64,000 nt of DNA from Azolla caroliniana (Eukaryota; Plantae; Polypodiophyta): contig JBHGNT010000002.1 in assembly GCA_043228905.1 (NCBI GenBank), positions 19,840,001-19,904,000 of the forward strand, read 5' to 3'. The translations under genes were made by a program, and so were the position numbers. The first letter of the stretch is position 1. Each line of letters begins with the position of its first letter. Below are positions 11,901-27,557 of the stretch, in pieces. The notes beneath the pieces are model-generated. The model saw nothing but the letters and a program-made list of their open reading frames with translations. It did no database searches and had not been told where the DNA came from.

Positions 11901-14900
11901 TACATAAATGTCTATATACATATGTAGATATGTGTATACACACATGAATGTAGATATGCACGCACACCATGTGTACACCCAAAATACACAATGTATGTAC
12001 ACATTTAATGATAAGAATGGTGGCTATAAATAGAAATATGTCATGCTAATGGATGAACTTGTCTATATAAATAAGTGCATGCTCACTGTACTTGTTACTA
12101 GTGAGATTCTAAGGCTGGTAATAAAATCGTTTAATTTCCTAAATTTTAAAGACATTCCTACACACTTCTCAAGTTTTTTACTCGATCCTATCAACCATTT
12201 ATGTTCTATTATTTTGAATCTAGGCAAATGAACCGTGACAAACATTCAAATGCACATTAGCTAAATGTGCTAGATTTTCTATGCACTGCAAAATATATCA
12301 TGATTGCATGATATATTGACAAAATGAATAAAGTATCATTCATTTGAAACATAGCATGCATTTGTCTGATGTTTATTCGAAAGTTGTTTGAAAACATAAA
12401 TGTTACTATATTTGCACATGATGAGTAACAAGACACACATATACCCATGCACAAACTTTGAGTTAATGATGATCGCATATATCCATGGTTCAAAGCAGAC
12501 ATTGATATATGCAAATTATCCTCTAAAAAGAAAAGTAGTATAGAATCAAATCTAACCATGCAAAGCCCTGCATAGTGACATGTCAAGTGATTAATAGGGG
12601 ATGTTATGAATATCCTATCTTTCTTTTTCCGTCTTGTGAACTTTGGTTTGCACATTGCGCAATGATAAGGTTGAAGATTTCCCCTCCAAAGAGGCAATAT
12701 ACAAGGGGGCGAGAGAAGTTTTTAATCGGTCCTCAAGAGATCAAATATGACCTATGGAACCAAAGCGAAACATTTTCACATCCTGTTTATATGGAGTCAG
12801 ATTAGGGACTATTGATGTTCAAGAATTGTACAAGGAAAGTTGCAATTGAGAGTGCGTCTTGTGACCAAAGAAATTGGATACAAATAGGTTCAAATTGAAA
12901 ATGTGGGGAAAGCAAACTTGAATGTGATTGAAGGTGGAACTTTGTAATAGAACAATGCTCAAACTCAAGAGGCAAATATGCATAGTCAACACATCTCCTT
13001 ACATATGTCCCAACACCTTCTCTCACACAAAAGATAATGTGAGCTACATTGTATCGAAAAAATGGAGCAAATGTTGAACAAGGGAATGAGCTCTAGCATG
13101 TATGACACAAAGATCTCTAAGGAGATATCGAGGACCCATAAACACCGTTACAAAAATAGTCTCATTTACTAATAGAGAAGGTAGTGTTTCGCGTCTTTCA
13201 TGTGTTGGTAAATTGCTACGAAGAGCTTCTCATCTTTTAACTAGGGAGTCGGTAGCAAGATTGATAAGGTTGGTGCACCTTATGATCAATAATTGGACAC
13301 ATCATTTAGAATATGATTTCCAATGTACTATGAGGTGCTCTTCGTCTACATGCTCTTGATCACCATAGAATACAGAAGCAAAATCTATTATGGTGAGATA
13401 TGTCCATGCTTAATTATGAAAAAAAAAACTTAATATTTTCAATATGATACCAAGAGTTTGTATGAGATGGATTTCTTAGTTGTAAACAATCTACTCAAAA
13501 GGGATCCATAAATTTCATTTTTGTTATTGTATAGCCATGAGTGGGCAATTGTAACATCTTAGAGCCTAGTACAACTATAAGATCATTGATTCTTTTAACA
13601 TCCACGTGGAATAAGAGTTAGTAAAAACAAGCAATTATGAGGTTGTTATTCTTGGACTAGATATTCTCATTCCTTTTCCCACCTAGTTAATTCCCACAAC
13701 CATTCAATGTATTATATAAATCTTATCATGTTGTGTCGGCCACTCCTAAACCATTCTTGTCAAAGTAACAATGTTTAAGGAGTGAGTGCAAACGTGTTGA
13801 AATTTTCGTACCCCAAGCTCAAACGAAGATTCTCGCTCTCAATCTTGAGGCCATACTACATGCATAGAGGTTACGGATTTGATCTCCTCAAAACCAAGCT
13901 ACCAAAGAAGGTTGGTAGTTTGTCTAATCATTTATATGGAATGGTCACATATTGAAATTGATCCCATCACATTCATTTGGAGATTGAAGATTTATGGTTA
14001 GTTTTCTAGCAAGAAATATTTTTCATGGGTGGCCGACACCTTTTATGAGATGGTTGTTGGTAAGGGATTGAAATCTAAAAGAAGGAATGGATCATGAGTT
14101 TTTTACTCCGTGGCAACTGTAAATTAATGCATTCTGTCACCTTTTTCACATGCAAAAGTCTGTGGGTAGACTTTAAAAGCTAAAACATTAGAATGCTTAA
14201 AGAAAATGGTATGGGTATTCGGCCTTAAAGCTAAATACGTTATGCAAAATTCAACTCTATACATTTTGTTTATTTGCATAGATAGACATAAAATCTGAAA
14301 ATATCACCATGAATATAGAGCTAGGGCCATTGCAAACATTTAAAGATAATGGCCGATCAAAACTCCTAAGTTAAATGGTTAAAATCCATAAAGAGAAGAG
14401 AAAGAAAAAGCACATAGATTCCATTACTCCATGAGGTAAAAGACTTGAGCCCGTCTAATTGGAGCATGCCACATAGAACACAAAGGGGCTTGCTTGTTCC
14501 AAGCAAAAATGAGATGATAAAAGGGTACTAAAAATATTCAGTCAACCTTTCGAGAGGCTCATTTTCAAACATCATTTTTGGTAATAAATAAATAGATAGC
14601 ACCACTTTGCTTTTTCAAAAGAGAGAAAGAAAAAGAATAATCATAAATTTATATATCATCCCATACCCCTCTTTTGGCACCCTTCCAAAGGCCTTTGAAG
14701 ACTTTGTTCATTGTACTTTATTCCTTTCATTGTCTCCTCTTACTTAACACCTTCCTCCCACTCAACAATTTCTATACTCAAATCTAATAACAAGATCACA
14801 TGAAAATGTTATTAAAAAAAGTCTCCGCCCCAAGTTGAGCACAATCTTGCACAAAGAGTAGTCATCCCCCTCCCCAAAAAGAAGTAATCTTTTCTTTGCA

Positions 14901-17439
14901 AATGCTACATTCCTATTCTAACCACCACCACCTCCTAATATGTGGAATCCTCCTAAAATAAATAAATGGCATGATTTGAAGTCTGGGTGAAGTAGAAGTG
15001 CAAATAATGCTCTAGTCCAGTAGTAGACCGTTTCTATAGAACATAATTGAAATCTTAATTATCCATCATTTGTTCATGGTGCATTCCAATTCTTGCTAGA
15101 GACTCTATTTTTATTGGTGCATGTGCTTAGCACCACCTATGGTGATTCCTTGCACGTCCACCATGGAGAATAGTGTTTTCAGATTGCACATTGCCAATTG
15201 AGGGGCAATATAATGCTAGTCAAACAAACCTTACAACACATATTGTAGCTGGAATAGAATTATCCGCATTATGTAGGCTATGAAATATTTACCTCGAAGT
15301 AACAAAATTACCCCATTATCTACAACTAAAAACTTTTTTGTGAAGTCAAAATTTATAGAATTTCCACAACATTTTGATGGAGCCGTTGTAGTATGTTAAG
15401 TTGCTTTACTGGCCCTCACACTCATCTTATTATAGAATGAACGATGGGGATACAGTAGGTGATTCTGCATGCATGATGTAAAAGGTAAGTTGACGCGTGT
15501 TTCTTTATGCACAGTACTAGCATATTGCCATTGCGAACATTTTTCCTTACAATATCACTTTAAAGCTCCACTTGTCTTGGACGTTGCATGCAATGAGTAG
15601 TGGAAGATGGCTCAGAATAATCACACAAAGCCTATATTTTTTTGCTAAATGATTCTTAAGAAGTACCTCATGCCACATCTCACCTATTCTACGAACAAAG
15701 TGTTAATTATTCTCCATCATGAATCACTTTACCAAGTCAATTTGGAAGCATTCTGATTAACATTGCGCAACTTACTTTATCTATCTAATTTTGCTAACTA
15801 TAATATTGCAATAAGCAGGTTGTCACATCAGAATCTTTTGATTCAAAAGTCTACAAGCTTTTCAAGTACACCATTTTTGAAAATTATAAAGGCTCCTCCA
15901 TTTGTAACCCATGAAGTGGTGGAATACATACCATGGGACACCTCCAAAATTTCCACATCTATTTCAATTAAATTTATGGATTTATCTCAAATAATTCTCT
16001 ACTATAGTCTACGTTTACTCTCAACTCCATGGTTTTTAACACTTGAAGATTATAGTTAGCTCAATTTCACATAACTAAGTTATCTATTTGTTGTGTTCTT
16101 TATTTCTATTAAATATTGTGTGTTAAGATGAATAATATTGAAAACGTTACACTCTAATGAGCATAATATTCACATTGAATTTTGTTGGGAATTTAAAACA
16201 ATTGAGCACACAACCAAAACTTTTAAAGGATATCTAAGCAAAAGTTCATTTCTTTAATGACACGAAGAACCAATCTCTTCTGAAGCACCACAATTGATTG
16301 CATGACTTGTAAAGGAGCCATGATGCGTTAACTGCATGGGGATAAGGAAAAGGGATATTGTGGTCATCACACTGAATCATAATACTTTTCCTTCATGTGA
16401 GTGTCAAGCACTTTGACATTAATCAGGCACATGAAGTTTTTAGTCTTCGCACGAATACGTCGAATCATGTGCATATTGCAATGCTCTTTAAAAAAAAAAA
16501 CACAAGTCTCAAGTACGTGATCATGGCTTTAGGATTATGCTATTTCTTTGTCCTTTACGTAATACAAACTACTTTTTGAGGTTCGACATCAATATAGAGA
16601 TAGTTGAATATTGGGAAGTTAACTTTTAATATCTTCATATTTTAGGACTCTGGGATCCAACTTTCTTACTACCAAGATACCCCAAATTCAACATGAGATC
16701 TTGTTCTATCACATTACAACTTCAAATTAACTAACAGTGTATAGGAAAATGAGTTGTCTTGTAAGAGAAATTCCATAAATATATATTTTATTGTTTTTGT
16801 TTGAAACCCAATAAAAACTAGTATTTATGTTCTAATTCTTGCACTCATGGAACCATGTGCAAATACAAAGAGCATACGACAAAAGTTTTATTCACGTAAA
16901 AGAAAGTAATCTAGAGTTCCAGGGAAGTCACAGCATGTACTTCTATAAGTGACCAAATAGTTTCTAAATGGTTCTTTAAATGCTATTCATTCGATGGTAT
17001 ACACCTTTTGTTAAGCAATGCACCTTTCATTTTCTCACATTTTTGTACTAATCACTCAAACAATGAAAACTCTTCATGGTTAATTAAGCTTATTGCAAGG
17101 AAATTAGGCCTCAATAATCATTGATTAGTGGAACTATGCACTACTGTCACTCATATGCAATGTTTGTGTGCATGGATGTATGCACGCGCACTCAGATATA
17201 AAAAGACAAACACACATTCCCTTAGCAATGTGTTATATCATCCACAAACATATTTCTTTAAGAATGTCTTAACTAATGGAAGTAGAATTTTTTTGGAAAA
17301 AAAAGAAAGAAAGTCTTACATTATTATGGTGAAACATCAAAATGCCAAGTAAAAATTAACAATACGTTGATTAGAAACATTAGAAAACATGGAATAATGT
17401 GCCCAAAAGAGTCATGACAATCGTAAAGTGGTTATCATC

Positions 17440-18790
17440 AGAAGAACCTAAATAGCCTATACAAATTAGAAGTGAAAAGATAATCTAGATATCTAATATC
17501 CAAACCCATGTGAAAAAAGATGGCAAAGAGCTCAAGATTCATTTTTGGTAAAAATGTGTTGAGCCAAAAAATTTCAGAGTTTATGACCAAGGAACCAGAA
17601 TTATATGATGAAGAAAGGTTACATCCTCTTGTCCAGACCAAGTGCAAGTAGCCAAAGAAAATTTCATTATTCGTAAATTAAAATACTTCTTGGCTAGGAT
17701 AGGTAAGGATTTAGAAGATATTACCAAAAAACATGACATAAAAAGGTTTTTCATTCAAAACATCTTTGTAAGAGGATTTGAGAGCACCAAGGATGACTCA
17801 AGTTAAGCCATTTTCTCTTAAATGATATTCCACAAGGTTCCTAATGGAAATGTCTTTGCAATTAGTGCACATTGGTATGTGAACTAACTAATTTCTAGTA
17901 ATACAACTTGCCTTTAACATTTTCATGTATCTAACCTACTTGACCTTTGTCTAAAACATTGTACATTAAAAGATATGCAATATGCTAGACTATTTGATTA
18001 GGATAATATGCCCAACCCAATGCATGCAAACCATTGCTCAACATTTAGATGGAGCAGCTTAGATACATTATAATTGACCGTACCCCTTTTACATAAATAA
18101 ATTTTGACACTTGTAAGAAATATCATGTCATTAATATACTTGTGCATTGGGGGGTGGTCAAAGGTTTAAGTAGGTGTTAGCGAAACCCTATCATATACCT
18201 ATCACTCCAAATGCCTTAGTGAGCGGGATCCAAAACATTTATGATGGTTTAATTTAGAGAGCGGAAGTGAGTGTTATGACATTTTCTATAAAAATCAACT
18301 TCGAAAGTTCTCCAACAAAATCGCCTTTGTCAATTTGCCAACATGTTGGGAGACATTATTTTGGAGTACTCAAAAGGCTTGAGATTGGATCTAAATGTTC
18401 CCAAATAGAAGTTTGAATTGAGCAACACAATTTGCAAATATTGAGCATTTTTCTCTAGTTGGAAAAGAAGGCATAACGATATCTTGAACCTAAGAAACAT
18501 TTATTAATGTAGATTTTACACCTTATAAAAGGACATACTCCATTAATTATTGCATATCAATAAGGCAATAAAGAATGAGAGGCAATTCAATTAGCAACCA
18601 TAGAGTATTTTAGTGTTGCTTGTACAATATCCATCCAAAGAGAATAGACTTGTTCGTTCTCCTATTAAGAATACAAGAAGATTCAGTACCTTGATAGAGT
18701 ATGTTGACAAAAATTTGAAACTTATGTTTGAAGATTAAATATCCCATAGTTTCATGATGTAATCCCATTGGACAATTTCTAACATCTACC
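17440..18790 (-). mobile_element. Highly decayed L1-like RT remnant
   Basis: Minus-strand peptide pieces ...WDYIM.TMGYLIF.HKFQIFVNILYQGTESCILN resemble L1 RT subdomains 3-4. Boundaries are approximate. Confidence 0.4.
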
Positions 18791-21700
18791 AAATATATAT
18801 GTAATGGGTACATCATGAGAGGTATATGTTACATATGCATGCATAAGAATTTACATTATTATATTTGTGGTAGGTTTCCTTTGGACAAAATCATATTCCC
18901 CATGGGCACAAGCTAAAGTGGAATGAATATCATTTTGGGTGTAGTATTTTGGATTGTATGTCTTAAGCTATTGATGTCCAAATAGAATAGTTGGGAATAC
19001 TCCTTATGGATATATCTCAAGTTGGAAATTCCACGATGATGAAATCATAATCTATTAATATGTGTGTCCTACTATTACAAATTAGAGTTTAAATTCCTTT
19101 GACAGTATGTTGTATTGTGTATACTTGTCATTGCAATTAACGTTATAGAATGCATAGGGATTATATGCACCTTCAAAGGTGGTAGACTATGTCGATATGC
19201 CCATACAATTCACAATTCATAAAGCATCATCACATAAAAACATGACTATAAATTGTGTTTGAGTGTGCATGAAGAAACATGACCTTTTGTTGAGATCCTA
19301 ATTAATTCATATATTTTGTCTTGATAATTTTACCTTTTCTTTCATTTATGTTCAACAATCACATTTCTAATATATACCTTGTTGGTACATATGTATGAAT
19401 ATAGAAGAACCTTTGAGGCCCTTATAATTAGAATCCAATTGCATTGTTTAATTAGGCACACATAAACGGATTATTGGTGTGCATGAGTTTTAAGTTTTGA
19501 GACTAAGATTGATTTACTTGATGTAGAAAATATTCCATAATCTTCTCAATCCTTATGCATATGTATGCAAAGGCAAACTAATAATAAAATAGATAAAGCT
19601 ATCATATTACCATCAAGTTGAGATTGATTCCAATTAACAAACAACACAACTACTATGCATCCTTACACTCTTTGAACATAAACTGCATAGGAAAATGTGC
19701 ATATGACAATAGTTCTATTCATTATTACAATTAATAATAGTGTTTCAAGGAATAAAGGGTGGTGGTATATGAATGAACATGTGCATGCATGCTCTTTGCT
19801 AGTCTCCTCAATTGACTAAACTTCATGCTTGCATTTCCAACTCTAGGCATTCTCTTTCGTAAACAAATTTAACGAGAGAAGGATGCTATGTGATATGTAA
19901 AACGAAGTATATCCAAGATCTATATATTCTATTAATAAGATAATTTAATTTACATCCATTTTGTAAACTTCCTGACATTTCAACAAGCATATAAATAAGA
20001 TATACTTACCTAGTACAATCAAGGTAGTTTTTCAATGCTAGATGCCAACTTTATCAATCCATACAATGATATTCCCCCACAACAAGTACATTAATCCGAA
20101 GAAATAACCTATGAATCAAGATAAAGATATTTAATTCTCATATTATCGTATAAGCTACAGATGAGCCGATGCTTTCAATCGTGTGGAGATATGTATAGTA
20201 TAAAATAAACATTTAACTACAAAAGAGAGTGCATTGTAGTTTAGGAAAGAGTAGTATTTATGGTGTCCAAAATATTATCACATGAAAAGCAACAATAGGA
20301 CGTAGCACACAAAAATCAACGAAAGATTCATCACTTGCAAGTTGGAGACAGATTCTTGAAAACATTCAACAAAATAATGCCTAACGGACATGTTCAAGTT
20401 TCTTATGCTCTCATGATATTGTGACTCCCCGACGTTTGAGAAATATATGAGATTGAAAAAATCATAAATAGACAAAACCTTGACGCCATACAAGTGACCG
20501 ATTGATCTTGTGAAAGTCCAACATAGTAATGCTTGTGAAGTTTCCTATGCTTTTAAGAAACAATAATATATTCAACAACTAGACAATAAGGGATTCACAT
20601 TGGTTGAATAGATATCTTTGAACTAGTTAACACATGATTTTCCTTGCATAGTTTTCAATAAGAGTATGTTTTTCTAAATTCTTACACACATCCATTAAAA
20701 GGCAAAAGAATCGAACAAAGTTGAATGTTTCAAACATCTTACTCCCACCATATTTATACCACATACTTGAGATCTTTACTAGCTTAATTGCTTAATAAAG
20801 ATAATGTCATGAGTTGATTACTTTGGTAGAGGAATCATTTCCATCTTGGCACAATGGCATTAAAATATCTTCAAAGTCAACCTTTCGATGGTCATCATAA
20901 TATTGCTTGCATCTCAACATTTCTTTCTCAATTATTTCATTATACCTTGAACCTTTATGTCATTTTCTAACAAGTATAAATCAAATTGAAGGTATTTTCT
21001 GAAAACCAACATTAACTTAAAGGTATTTGATTTAGACAATCTCCATGGTTCCGAATTATTCTATTTATGAAAACTCGCTTTCAATCCCTAAGTAAGATGT
21101 AGCAAAACCTAAATAAATTACAATTTTGATGACATATTGCGAGTAAATGTATCTTAAATATACATAGTTGTTACATGATACATCTTCCATGATATCCTAC
21201 CATTCATATTTTATGGGTACACATGAACAAGATGTCAAACTTCTAGTAACAAAGAAGCGTAATTAAGAATCGCAAACAAATTATATTTAGCAAACTAACC
21301 CCAAACATCTATGAAGTTATAATTACCAAATCATAAGAGGAAGGAAAAACATAGTATCTACATGTAAATATCTTATTTGATTTGTAAGCTAGATTATTGG
21401 GAACGTCAATTAATGAAGAACACAAACAATAATGAAGTGAAACACATAGCTAAGGCTTTTAAGCTATTAGTGACCTTGGACAATATTGGTTTGAAAGTAC
21501 AACTTTGTAAAGATGTTTACGATATCATAGAAATGCTTGGGTTAGACTCCAAGACATTGTCACTACTTTGTGATACATTTTTATGAGCATCATGTTGTCT
21601 TGAAATTATGCATGCACATGTGAAATTTGAGCAGGACTACTGGGAACCTGAAGTAGGGAAGATTTTGATGGCGGAGTTGTCAAATATGATATTCCTCATA

Positions 21701-21838
21701 AATCCCATTGTGTGTGGGTGTCAACTCTCTTAGGATGTTCCATTGAGTCTACACCAATCCTTGTTTATGAATGTATGTGCACACATATATACTTACATGT
21801 ACCATTTATATGTGCAGATTTATCTAAATGAGTATGTG

Positions 21839-21840
<2 letters not shown>

Positions 21841-21884
<44 letters not shown>
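21841..21884. repeat. (TA)n microsatellite
   Basis: Perfect AT dinucleotide run. Confidence 0.9.
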
Positions 21885-21889
<5 letters not shown>

Positions 21890-23039
21890 ATGTGTGCATT
21901 TATACGTGTGTAAATTATGTGTGTTTGTGTTATATGTAAGTTTAAGTCTAAGAATGAGTATGTGTAGATGTGTTGAAGGCAATTGTCGTTGGTTGGGGAA
22001 GGTCGAAAGGTGAAGTTAAGGTGTGTGTTTGTGAGTGGAAAGGGAAGGAGCAAAGTTTGGAATCTCACATTGAGTTGAGGTTTGGTAGGTTGAATCAAGG
22101 ATTGGGAATATGGTGACTGTTGAAGTTTTGAGCTTTGGGAGCTTGAGGGTTAAGAGCTCGAATCAAGGGTTGGAGTTGAGCACTCGTAGGTTCTACACCC
22201 TTGAGGGTTGCATCAACTTGAAGGCTTCACACCATCAAAGGTCAATGTAATTGAAGATTGGAAGTTTGAATGCTCGAGTAGATCGAGGATTGTAGGCTTT
22301 ATGCTCTACAAAGTCATCAAGCTTGAATGCTTTGAGCCCTTCAAGGGTTGAGCTCGTGTATCCAACACACTACACGAGTACTTAGCCCTTGTGTGTTGAG
22401 TTCCCACACATTCTTGATTTAGGGTCCTTTTACGTGTCTTATCCTTGTTAGGTGTTATGGTTGAGTCAACAATTGGTAGGATAATTGCACAGTTTACTCA
22501 TTTAAGAATTGTGCTTATCCTTGAAAGCACAAATGTTGCATGGTTGGCTATGAACTGAGCCTCTCAAGACTCAATGTCATAGGCTCAACCCCCACCATTC
22601 ACAAAACTTCTTTCTCTTGTAACCTCTTTATGAGAACTCAAACTAACGATTCTTGTGAAATTTTCCTAAACACTCGCATAATGATAGATCAATTGTACAG
22701 AATCGAACTTCACCTTTAGTGAATTTAAATGATTTGAAGTGTAAATCATCGCTCGATGCTTCAATTCTTGATCTAGAAAACTTGTGACAATTCTCCCTCG
22801 ACCACAAATCACATAAGACCTAATGGAAATATTTTCCAAAAATACATAAATTAATTAAATAAATTAGGAGATTTGTAACAAGATATTGATACAATCGAGG
22901 CTAAAATCCTCAACCTTGTTACACAAGGTGGATAGTGTAGGGTATGGAAGAATGAGATGATGAGATATCAAGAAATCAAAAGAGTGATGGGAGTAGACCC
23001 TTGAGTTTTGGCATGGCAAATCCAAGATCAACAAACCCA

Positions 23040-24170
23040 CCCCCCCCCCCCCCCCCCCCCAATCTTTTGGCCCAATGAGCTCTCCCTCAGAATACTCTCC
23101 AAAATAGTAATTTTGTTGTTGTAGCACTTCAGCTTGATACTCGATGACATCACGAAATAATGATGTCCTTGATGGAGCACTTGACCTCAGTACTCGAGTA
23201 ACATCGCAAAACAAATGTGTCCTTTTTCGTTCCCTTCCTCATACTTCATCTAGTATATATTTCGTGTCCTATAGATCACCCTTTCTACCTTTTGTCATCT
23301 CTATTAAGATTTGAACCCCATCCCATGCCTTATTGCTCCTGGAGTTAGCTCTTGCCAATTGAAATATATTCATTTATTGATATGGCTTCATCTACAATAC
23401 TCTACAAATTATTTCTTCAACCATAACCTTAACCTATAAAATAACTCAAAATTTGGACATTTTTCTCCCTTGCACACATCATGTTATGACAACATGTCCA
23501 TGTCATTTTAAATTTCCATGCCAACTAATGAAGTCGTGGGTGATCATAGTTCCCTTTTTAGCGACTTCTTTATTGTTTGCTACAAATGACAACATGTTGA
23601 AGCTCCAATACGTACAATGAGAATGAGAGTCTTAAAGTTTCTTTCAAAAACATAAATGATCATCATCAACACAATGCCAAGAAATAAACTCTTATTAACC
23701 ACCATGAGGGTAATGACTCTCGAGTCTCCATATTTGAGTTGTTATGAGTTCTCTAGTTCATGTTTTTCAACAAAGTGGAATTTATCTATTGTAATTAGGC
23801 TTAATCTTCCCTCCTTCAAAATTGTATTAGATGATTAGTGATTTTTATTGCTAATCTTCACAATCATCGAAAAACCAATAACATAGTTTAATGAATTCAT
23901 CTTGCACTAAGATTTCCCAACTTGTGAATTCCATCACATTCTAATCTTTAGGTAATGCAATGACAAAGTTGCTTCTTTGTTCATTTTGTATCATAATAAA
24001 TTTGTTGCTTTCGGAGTGTTGGAGTATGAAGTTGAACTCATTACTTATTTCTAGTTTCTTCAATACCATACCATTGTCAAAGTTCAACATATACTATACA
24101 ACACATCAAGGAGCAATTCCAATCCACAATCATTTTGAACAAATTCATACTCTTTGAATTTATTTACACC
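23040..24170 (-). mobile_element. Decayed Gypsy RNase H/integrase remnant with G-rich PPT
   Basis: Fragmentary integrase zinc-finger-like peptide (GME...DVC) near 23470-23520. The poly-C run at 23040-23060 reads as a PPT-like G run on the minus strand. Confidence 0.35.
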
Positions 24171-24178
24171 ACTCTCAT

Positions 24179-24220
<42 letters not shown>

Positions 24221-25184
24221 CTTTATTTTAGACAATGGTTCCCTATAGGTAATGTGACATGTTGAGACATTAACAATCAAGAGTTAGCACAACCAATGAC
24301 ATGTTAGGAACACCTTGTATACTTAAGTGATATTAAATCAAGAGCTCGATAACGATCATGTGCAATATGATGCTCCTGGATCACCATCTTGCTGCAAGGT
24401 CGCAAGATCAATTTCCAATCTCAAGTGCCAATTTCAGAAACTTGTGACATAAAAGGCATGTGAAGGATGTAAAGGGCATATTCAAGGATTTGGTACCATG
24501 TTGGCGTTTGGAAAGACAACAAGACCCATACATTTATATGTATATATACTAACAATGTTAGATTTTTGTTGTAGTCAAGAATGCCATGGTAGTCAAACGT
24601 TTAATAGCTTTAGTGGCAATGAAGCCAAAAATCAACCAACAAAAAAGAAAAATATATTTATCACATTCTCAAAAGTTTTTATTGTGTACCATGATCTCTC
24701 AATTATCTCATCATATTTTTGGATGACATCGTATGACACACAACATGTGAGGTGAGAATGGTGAGCATAAAAATTGACACTAAAATCAATTACATTCTAT
24801 ACAAAATTTGCATGCATTTAGAATGCACTATTATACTAATTACATTGAATGCAAATTATGCACCCTAAGGGATGGTAGATGAGAGTCATGTTTATGCTCT
24901 AAGAGTCTAATGGGAGCTTATAAGCACTCTTAATGTTTCATGCATAGTATGAACCCTACGTACCATATGTGCATTCACATTCGAGAATGTTTCAATCATT
25001 CGAGTATGGTAAACACCCTCGAAGTATGGTAAATACCATACGTTTGTATTCATGATTTATTATAAGGTAATTTTTTTTAAGGTAAGAAAGTTAAGGTAAA
25101 AAGTGTAAAAAACATAAGAATGTTTTGATAACATATGCATTCATATGAAAAAGAATGTTTGCCAATGCATTCGAGTATATTACA

Positions 25185-25764
25185 TAGCAATGGGCCCGGT
25201 TTCGGCTCAAACCAAATCGAACCGATAAGCCGTGGTTGAACGGTTTATAGGTTCGAAGATAAATAAATGGTTTGGTTTGGTTTCAAATGTTACTAATCGG
25301 TTTCGGTTCGGTTTTGAACTTACCGGCTTATCGGTTTCTGTTTATGTGGTTCGGTTTATAGGTTTAAAGGTTTATAGGTTAATTAATACTCATAAATTTT
25401 CCCTATAATAAGTGTAATGATCAAATTTATGATCAGTATAATGACAAATTTATGATAAGTATGATGATCAAATTTATGATAAGTGTAATGATCAAATTTA
25501 TGATGACAAAATTTATGATAAGTATAATGAATAAATTTATGATGATTTTCTCACACAAATTTATGATAGGTATGATTATTAACATCAATAAAAAATGGTT
25601 TGGTTTGGTTTTAAATTTTTCATAAACGGTTTAGTTTCTCCTATTCTTTAAACGGTTCGGTTTAAATGGCTTCAAAAAATTTAAACAGTTTGGTTTGGTT
25701 TTTATTATTAATAAATGGTTTGGTTTCAAGGCCAAGAAACCAAACCAAACCGGGCCCATTGCTA
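25185..25764. mobile_element. hAT-type MITE with an internal ~22 bp tandem array
   Basis: 18 bp TIRs tagcaatgggcccggttt / aaaccgggcccattgcta, an 8 bp TSD atattaca (25177-25184 and 25765-25772), AACCG/CGGTT subterminal motifs, and atgatcaaatttatgataagt repeats at ~25410-25570. Confidence 0.92.
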
Positions 25765-27510
25765 ATATTACATACTATGGAACTTTCATGTATTGTTTGC
25801 GGTTAGGAGATTCCATGACCAAATGGGAGAAGAATGAGACACCCATTCCCAAACAAGATAAGATATGTCATTTGAAACCATTGAAGGCTCAACCCAATAT
25901 TCCTAAAGCACAACAGGATAATCAAGATGACACTTGCAATAGGGTTTTGGGATGTGTCAAGGAGACTAGTCTTGTTTTCTCTCTTTTCATATTTAATTTG
26001 ACTTCATGAATTTTTATTTCTAGGATCACTGAAGAAATGATGTATATTGTTTTAGTCTAATAGGCTATATTGGCCACTTTAGAGATGTTAATACACTTCT
26101 TCATCAAAATAACATTAGTGGAGTCATGTGAACTATATGTTATATTTTCGTTGTAAGACAATCCACTAGATTTCATGATCAATTTATTGCATTAGAATGT
26201 TGGTAATCTAGTAATGTTTCATGATCGCCACTTTATACTATATAGCTACCCACAAACGATATTTCCATTATCAATGTTCTAAAACTTGGAGTTAGTGCTT
26301 GAGATAAATCATAGAAATACAACTAAAGCAATGTATGTCTTAAGAATGTTTAGCCCTGCATTACCTACATTTGATGAATTAGCTCAATATAATTACGCTA
26401 TAGATAATATTACAACTAACCATATAAAAGCGTATTAAGCATGCTCTTTTAATGTGCACCTTTATTCTAAAGTCAATCAATTGTAGTCTTGGAATATTCT
26501 AAAGTCACTCAACAATTAATGTGCACAATTGGTGTTGATATTTTTTTCTTATTTCAAAGAATGCAAAAGAAATTTTGCCCTTCTTGGAAAAGTTAATAGT
26601 TTGATTGTGTTTGTAGTATAGGATTCACGACATATTAAGGTTAACGATTTTAAGCTCCATGAAAAGGATGTTGATTAAGAAGAAATGTCATGTTTGGTAG
26701 TGACATGAATCTAGAAGAGTTAAAAGACCGATTCTAAACTCCCACACTAAAATGTACGAGTTGTGCATTTGAACTTAAATTGTTTTTTCATAGGAGGTTA
26801 TCATGCAATTTAATTTGAAGCTTTATGGTGGTGGTTTAATTAAACACCAAAATGACGTCGCTAATGATTTAGTTTTTAACAACATTTTGAGTTTTAATGG
26901 CTTGTGTGAGTGCAATATGTAAGCCAATAATTTAGTATATAAGTTATAACATTGTATGTGGTATGAAATTCTGAGTCAATAATGTTTCACAAGATTATAT
27001 GCACATCGAATTTTGCTTAAACATATATTAATATTTCTGTATAAGATACAAAAAAACACAAACTAGGATTATGACATCGACATCACGAAGAGTCAGTGAT
27101 CTTGGTCATGAATATTTCAAGATGCAATTATATGCCACATGAAAGAGATATTGGTAGCTAATACAAAGTTTGCATCCAATCATAACTAATGGTGATACAA
27201 TTTGTGCCAAACCTAATTCACATAAAATCTCAAGGTATCTTGTTGATTTTCTTAAACATCCACAACATCCAAAATTTCCTCTTATGTTTTGCTAGGTCAT
27301 GTCGTATTACTAAATTCCATAGCATATAACAATGAATTTACCACGCGTGTGTCCTTTTGTTGTTTGGGTGACAGAAACATGTGATCAGTGGTCCCCAAGT
27401 AGATAAATACAAATAAGTACAATGGCAATGTAGAGAAGGGGATACTTAGGATCTATAGACTTGGGAGCTCCAAATTCGAGAAGAATATAAGAGAATATAA
27501 TCATTGGATG

Positions 27511-27557
<47 letters not shown>

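Noticed and set aside
11000-17400. Short ORFs in AT-rich sequence
   Set aside because: No recognisable domains or splice-consistent gene structure; probably old, decayed repeats.
25408-25570. Iteron- or CRISPR-like ~22 bp repeats
   Set aside because: There are no spacers, and the array is internal to a hAT MITE.
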